Assembly: GCA_965217115.1 (NCBI GenBank)
Contig: OZ244239.1
Coordinates: 608,001-672,000, forward strand
DNA length: 64,000 bases
From: Bdellovibrionales bacterium
GTDB taxonomy: Bacteria > Bdellovibrionota > Bdellovibrionia > Bdellovibrionales > CAYMLA01
Direction: 5' to 3'
Shown: one piece after another, positions 60,771-64,000 of the stretch
Layout: every line of letters begins with the position of its first letter
How positions within the stretch are numbered: position 1 is the stretch's first letter
Notes under the pieces: model-generated
What the model saw: only the letters and a program-made list of their open reading frames with translations
Told to the model about the DNA's origin: nothing
The model's database searches: none
Translations under genes and position numbers: made by a program

Positions 60771-61817
60771 ATGAGCTCATTCTCGTTTTGTGTGAAATTT
60801 CTTATGTTGTCCATGACTCTCTTTTTTTTAACTGCCTGCCAAATCCCCTATCTCCTAACAAACTCCTATCATCAGCTAGAAATACTCTCTCAAAGAGTCT
60901 CCATAGAAAAAACCCTGAAAGAAAAAAAACTTCCCAGAGAACTTAGATACAAACTCCTACTTTCACAAAAAGCAAAAAAATTTGCTGAACATGATCTTAA
61001 TTTGCAAAGTTCACAAAACTACTCCACATATGTTAAACTCAATCGCCCTTATGTCACTTACGTGGTCAATGCCGCACCAAAGTTTCAATTAAAAAATCAT
61101 CTATGGCAATTTCCCATTGTTGGTCAAGTTCCCTACAAAGGCTTTTTTAACGAGAGCGATGCTAAAGACCTCTCTTCTGAACTAAGAAGTCAGGGCCTAG
61201 ATACCCACGTCAGGGGAGTCTCTGCCTACAGCACATTGGGCTGGTTTGACGATCCTCTGCTCTCCTCAATGATGAGATACTCAAGACACGACTTAGTAAA
61301 TACAATCATTCATGAAACAGTTCATGCCACTCTTTACATCAAAAACAACGCCCGCTTTAATGAACGTCTAGCGACCTACATAGGAAATCTAGGAACACAG
61401 CTCTTTTATTTAAAAACCGAAGGCCCCAAATCTCCTACACTAAGGACCCTTCAACGCGAGCAACATGATCAGAAACTCTTCTCTCTATTCATTTCTGCAG
61501 AAATTAAAAATCTCAACAGGTGGTACAAATCAACACAGAAAAAAACACTCGCCTTAAAAGAGAAAAAACTTCATCAACTACAGATGAAGTTTAAGAGAAA
61601 CACCCTCCCAAAAATGAAAACATCCAGGTTTGTCTGGTTTAGCCAAAACCCACTCAATAATGCAAAATTAATGCTCTTAAACGCCTACATTGGAGAATTT
61701 TCATATTTTGAAAAACTCTATCAAAAACACGGTAAAAATTTTCAGCTATTTCTAAAAGCATGTAAAAGCCTAGAGTCCTCCAGCCAACCAATGCAAGATT
61801 TAAAAAAGAGCCTATAG
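60771..61817 (+). CDS. Putative Zn aminopeptidase lipoprotein (PF10023-like)
   Basis: Lipobox LTAC, VPYKGFF, AYSTLGWFDDP, HETVH, FNERLA. Confidence 0.82.
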   Translation: MSSFSFCVKFLMLSMTLFFLTACQIPYLLTNSYHQLEILSQRVSIEKTLKEKKLPRELRYKLLLSQKAKKFAEHDLNLQSSQNYSTYVKLNRPYVTYVVNAAPKFQLKNHLWQFPIVGQVPYKGFFNESDAKDLSSELRSQGLDTHVRGVSAYSTLGWFDDPLLSSMMRYSRHDLVNTIIHETVHATLYIKNNARFNERLATYIGNLGTQLFYLKTEGPKSPTLRTLQREQHDQKLFSLFISAEIKNLNRWYKSTQKKTLALKEKKLHQLQMKFKRNTLPKMKTSRFVWFSQNPLNNAKLMLLNAYIGEFSYFEKLYQKHGKNFQLFLKACKSLESSSQPMQDLKKSL

Positions 61818-62123
61818 TGAGCTTTCTGTCCGGGCTTTTTCTTGTTCTTCTTCATCAAGTGAATTCATGACCCGACTCAAAAAGCTAACATAATAGTGAG
61901 GATCTGTTGGTAAACTCTCTTCACCATTTTTCTTAATATAATTACGTATATTATTCAGCTCTCTCACCATTTTTTTATGATAAGGTGACCTCAAGATTAA
62001 ACTTTGACAGTCTTTTCTTGCCAACTCCTCCTGAAGCTCACCCTCCATATAGTCTATCCACCAGATTTCATCCAGCTCGCGCTCTTCAGTTGGTATTTTT
62101 TTTTCCAAATTATTTTTTTTCAT
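61812..62123 (-). CDS. Hypothetical protein, possible anti-sigma factor
   Basis: ATGA overlap with the ECF sigma gene; DYMEGEL resembles anti-sigma N-termini. Confidence 0.5.
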   Translation of the reverse strand: MKKNNLEKKIPTEERELDEIWWIDYMEGELQEELARKDCQSLILRSPYHKKMVRELNNIRNYIKKNGEESLPTDPHYYVSFLSRVMNSLDEEEQEKARTESSL

Positions 62124-62722
62124 GACTCAGCCTCCATAAAACCTTTGAATTCAATTTCTTGATCTTCTTGTGCGACAGCCCATTGTCTTAACTCCGAATT
62201 ACTTCCTATAATTCGACGTAACTTCAATATCCCATGCCGGTAATTAGCTTTTGCCGTATCATAAGGACATTTCATTATACCTGCTATTTCTTTAAAACTC
62301 ATATCGTCAAAAACCCTTAGCACAAGTGCCGTCTTCTGTTTCAAGGGGAGTTGATCAATCAATGCCTTGACACTCTTTTTTACATCTTGAGCTATTAAAC
62401 GATCTTCGGCTTCCGAGTCTTTGGCTAAACAAACCTGATGAATGCCTATTTGAACTCTCTTCTTTATGCGTAACTTATTCTTAGCCGTGTTAATTGTAAT
62501 CTTATACATCCAACTTTTAAAAGAAGACCGTCCCTCAAAACTCTTCAAATTCTTATATGCCTTTATAAATGCCTCCTGAACTACATCCTCTGCTAGTTGC
62601 AAATCTCTCATGAATCGGATGGAAACTCCAAGAAGCGGTTTCTGATACCTACGCACTAGTATGGAAAACATAAATCGATTTCCTTTTTTCACTTCTTCAA
62701 TTAACTCCATATCTGTCTTCAT
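62120..62722 (-). CDS. ECF RNA polymerase sigma factor
   Basis: AEDVVQEAF, SFKSWMYKI, LP..Q, SFKEIA; ATG at 62722 preferred. Confidence 0.92.
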   Translation of the reverse strand: MKTDMELIEEVKKGNRFMFSILVRRYQKPLLGVSIRFMRDLQLAEDVVQEAFIKAYKNLKSFEGRSSFKSWMYKITINTAKNKLRIKKRVQIGIHQVCLAKDSEAEDRLIAQDVKKSVKALIDQLPLKQKTALVLRVFDDMSFKEIAGIMKCPYDTAKANYRHGILKLRRIIGSNSELRQWAVAQEDQEIEFKGFMEAES

Positions 62723-63184
62723 AATTTCACACCTCTCTCGACTGTTGTTGCCCCCAAGTAGGTTAAAACTTTTATTATTATTTTTTAAAATGACATTTTT
62801 TGGCAAAAAACCTCCTCTAATCATTAATCAGTGCAAAGCTTAAACCTCAAAAAACAGGCCCAATTTGGACCTATCTAATTTTGAGGCATTCCCCGTCTTA
62901 GAGCATAACTATCTAATTTATATTTAGATTTCTTTATTCTATCAATTTATTGAAAAGTTTTACTTTAGGGAGGTATAGGAAAAAATTATTCCAAAATGAC
63001 TCTTTTATTATTTTTAAATAGATGGGATATGGGCTCAAGATGAAGAAATAGCATTGATTTCAGTGAAACTTTTCTAATAATATCTAGCATGAATACTAAC
63101 GTTGAGGTAGAACTAACATAATGAAGCTTGAAAAACACCCTCATAACTATACACTTAATAACCCTCGAATAATATGACTTAGAA

Positions 63185-64000
63185 ATGACAAATACATTCA
63201 GTGACTTTTTTAAAGAACAATTAAACCCTCCTCAGCTGGACGCGACGCTCACAGTCTCTGGTCCCCTGCTTATATTGGCAGGAGCAGGCTCTGGAAAGAC
63301 GCGAGTTATCACATATCGCTTAGCCAATCTTATTGCCACTGGCAACGCCTCCCCCGATGAAATACTTTGTGTCACGTTCACCAACAAGGCCGCAAAAGAA
63401 ATGGAGAGTCGTGCTTGCCAAGTTTTAATGGCTCTAAACCTTCCTGTTCACACCCCTTTATGGATCAGTACTTTCCATGCAACTTGTGTACGTATTCTTA
63501 GAGAGCATATTGAACTCCTGGAGTACCAACGCTCATTCACTATTCTCGATAGCTCCGATCAGTTAAGCATGATAAAAAAAATACTTACAACGTTAAATAT
63601 CAGTGACAAAATGTATCCAGCAAAAAACTTCCAGCTTCGCATCAATGCCGCAAAAATGGAAGCACTCACCCCAGAGGATATCGAAAAATCACAAAATCAT
63701 TTTATGGACAAGAGAAGTGTTGAAGTTTATAGGTTTTATGAAAAAGAAATGACAAAAAATAATGCACTCGATTTTTCAGACCTCCTCTTTAAAACTTTTG
63801 ACCTCTTTCGTAGCTATCCTGATATTTTAGAGTTTTATCAAAATAAATTTCGCTACATTATGGTTGATGAGTATCAAGATACCAATCATATTCAATATCG
63901 CCTCATCAATATGCTTGCAGAAAAACATCAAAACCTCTGTGTCGTTGGCGACGAAGATCAATCTATTTACTCTTGGCGTGGAGCTGATATATCTAATATC
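63185..64000 (+). CDS. UvrD/PcrA DNA helicase, truncated by the window end
   Basis: Translated by hand: LNPPQ, LAGAGSGKTRV, TFTNKAA.EM, STFHA, VDEYQDTN, VGDEDQSIYSWRGA. Confidence 0.95.
   Translation, partial: MTNTFSDFFKEQLNPPQLDATLTVSGPLLILAGAGSGKTRVITYRLANLIATGNASPDEILCVTFTNKAAKEMESRACQVLMALNLPVHTPLWISTFHATCVRILREHIELLEYQRSFTILDSSDQLSMIKKILTTLNISDKMYPAKNFQLRINAAKMEALTPEDIEKSQNHFMDKRSVEVYRFYEKEMTKNNALDFSDLLFKTFDLFRSYPDILEFYQNKFRYIMVDEYQDTNHIQYRLINMLAEKHQNLCVVGDEDQSIYSWRGADISNI

Noticed and set aside
1..64000. Strong C-over-G bias on the plus strand
   Set aside because: Consistent with ordinary replication skew, with the ribosomal operon on the leading (minus) strand; judged by eye, not computed

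Overview
Bacterial chromosomal window, standard genetic code, probably Bdellovibrionota or a related delta-like lineage. That assignment is inferred from the RpoA and L3 N-termini, a TIGR03545/03546-like pair, a VWA lipoprotein, a PilZ-like protein and FliA-type promoters; it was not checked by search. 0-21 kb: housekeeping and signalling genes (LOG, EVE, methyltransferase, APC permease, purK/purE, RR-HK-Hpt, delta-9 desaturase, serA, sigma54 regulator with CdsA and acyltransferase, 2-oxoacid:ferredoxin oxidoreductase, VWA lipoprotein, tRNA-Arg(TCT), VOC, pgi). 21-34 kb: a remodelled surface-glycan locus. It holds a decayed wzc-like gene, a WbpE-like aminotransferase, waaL, a WbpM-like dehydratase and an initiating transferase. 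It then carries an AT-rich six-gene cassette (Wzm/Wzt ABC exporter, LicD/fukutin-family transferase, TarI-like cytidylyltransferase, SDR reductase, TagF-like phosphotransferase) next to a truncated sugar-dehydrogenase gene and an 88-bp duplication. This cassette is my best candidate for an undescribed system: a teichoic-acid-like polyol-phosphate surface polymer in a Gram-negative bacterium. 39-52.5 kb: the S10-spc-alpha cluster, lacking rplX, rpsD, infA and map at their usual positions, with a SecY 6/7 loop that is shortened and has no basic residues. Upstream lie yfbR, an EF-G with a degenerate domain IV and no adjacent rpsL/rpsG/tuf, an exported M16 peptidase pair, PhoH2, an ECF sigma factor and a partial uvrD/pcrA. 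No CRISPR array, transposase, integrase or rRNA was seen.
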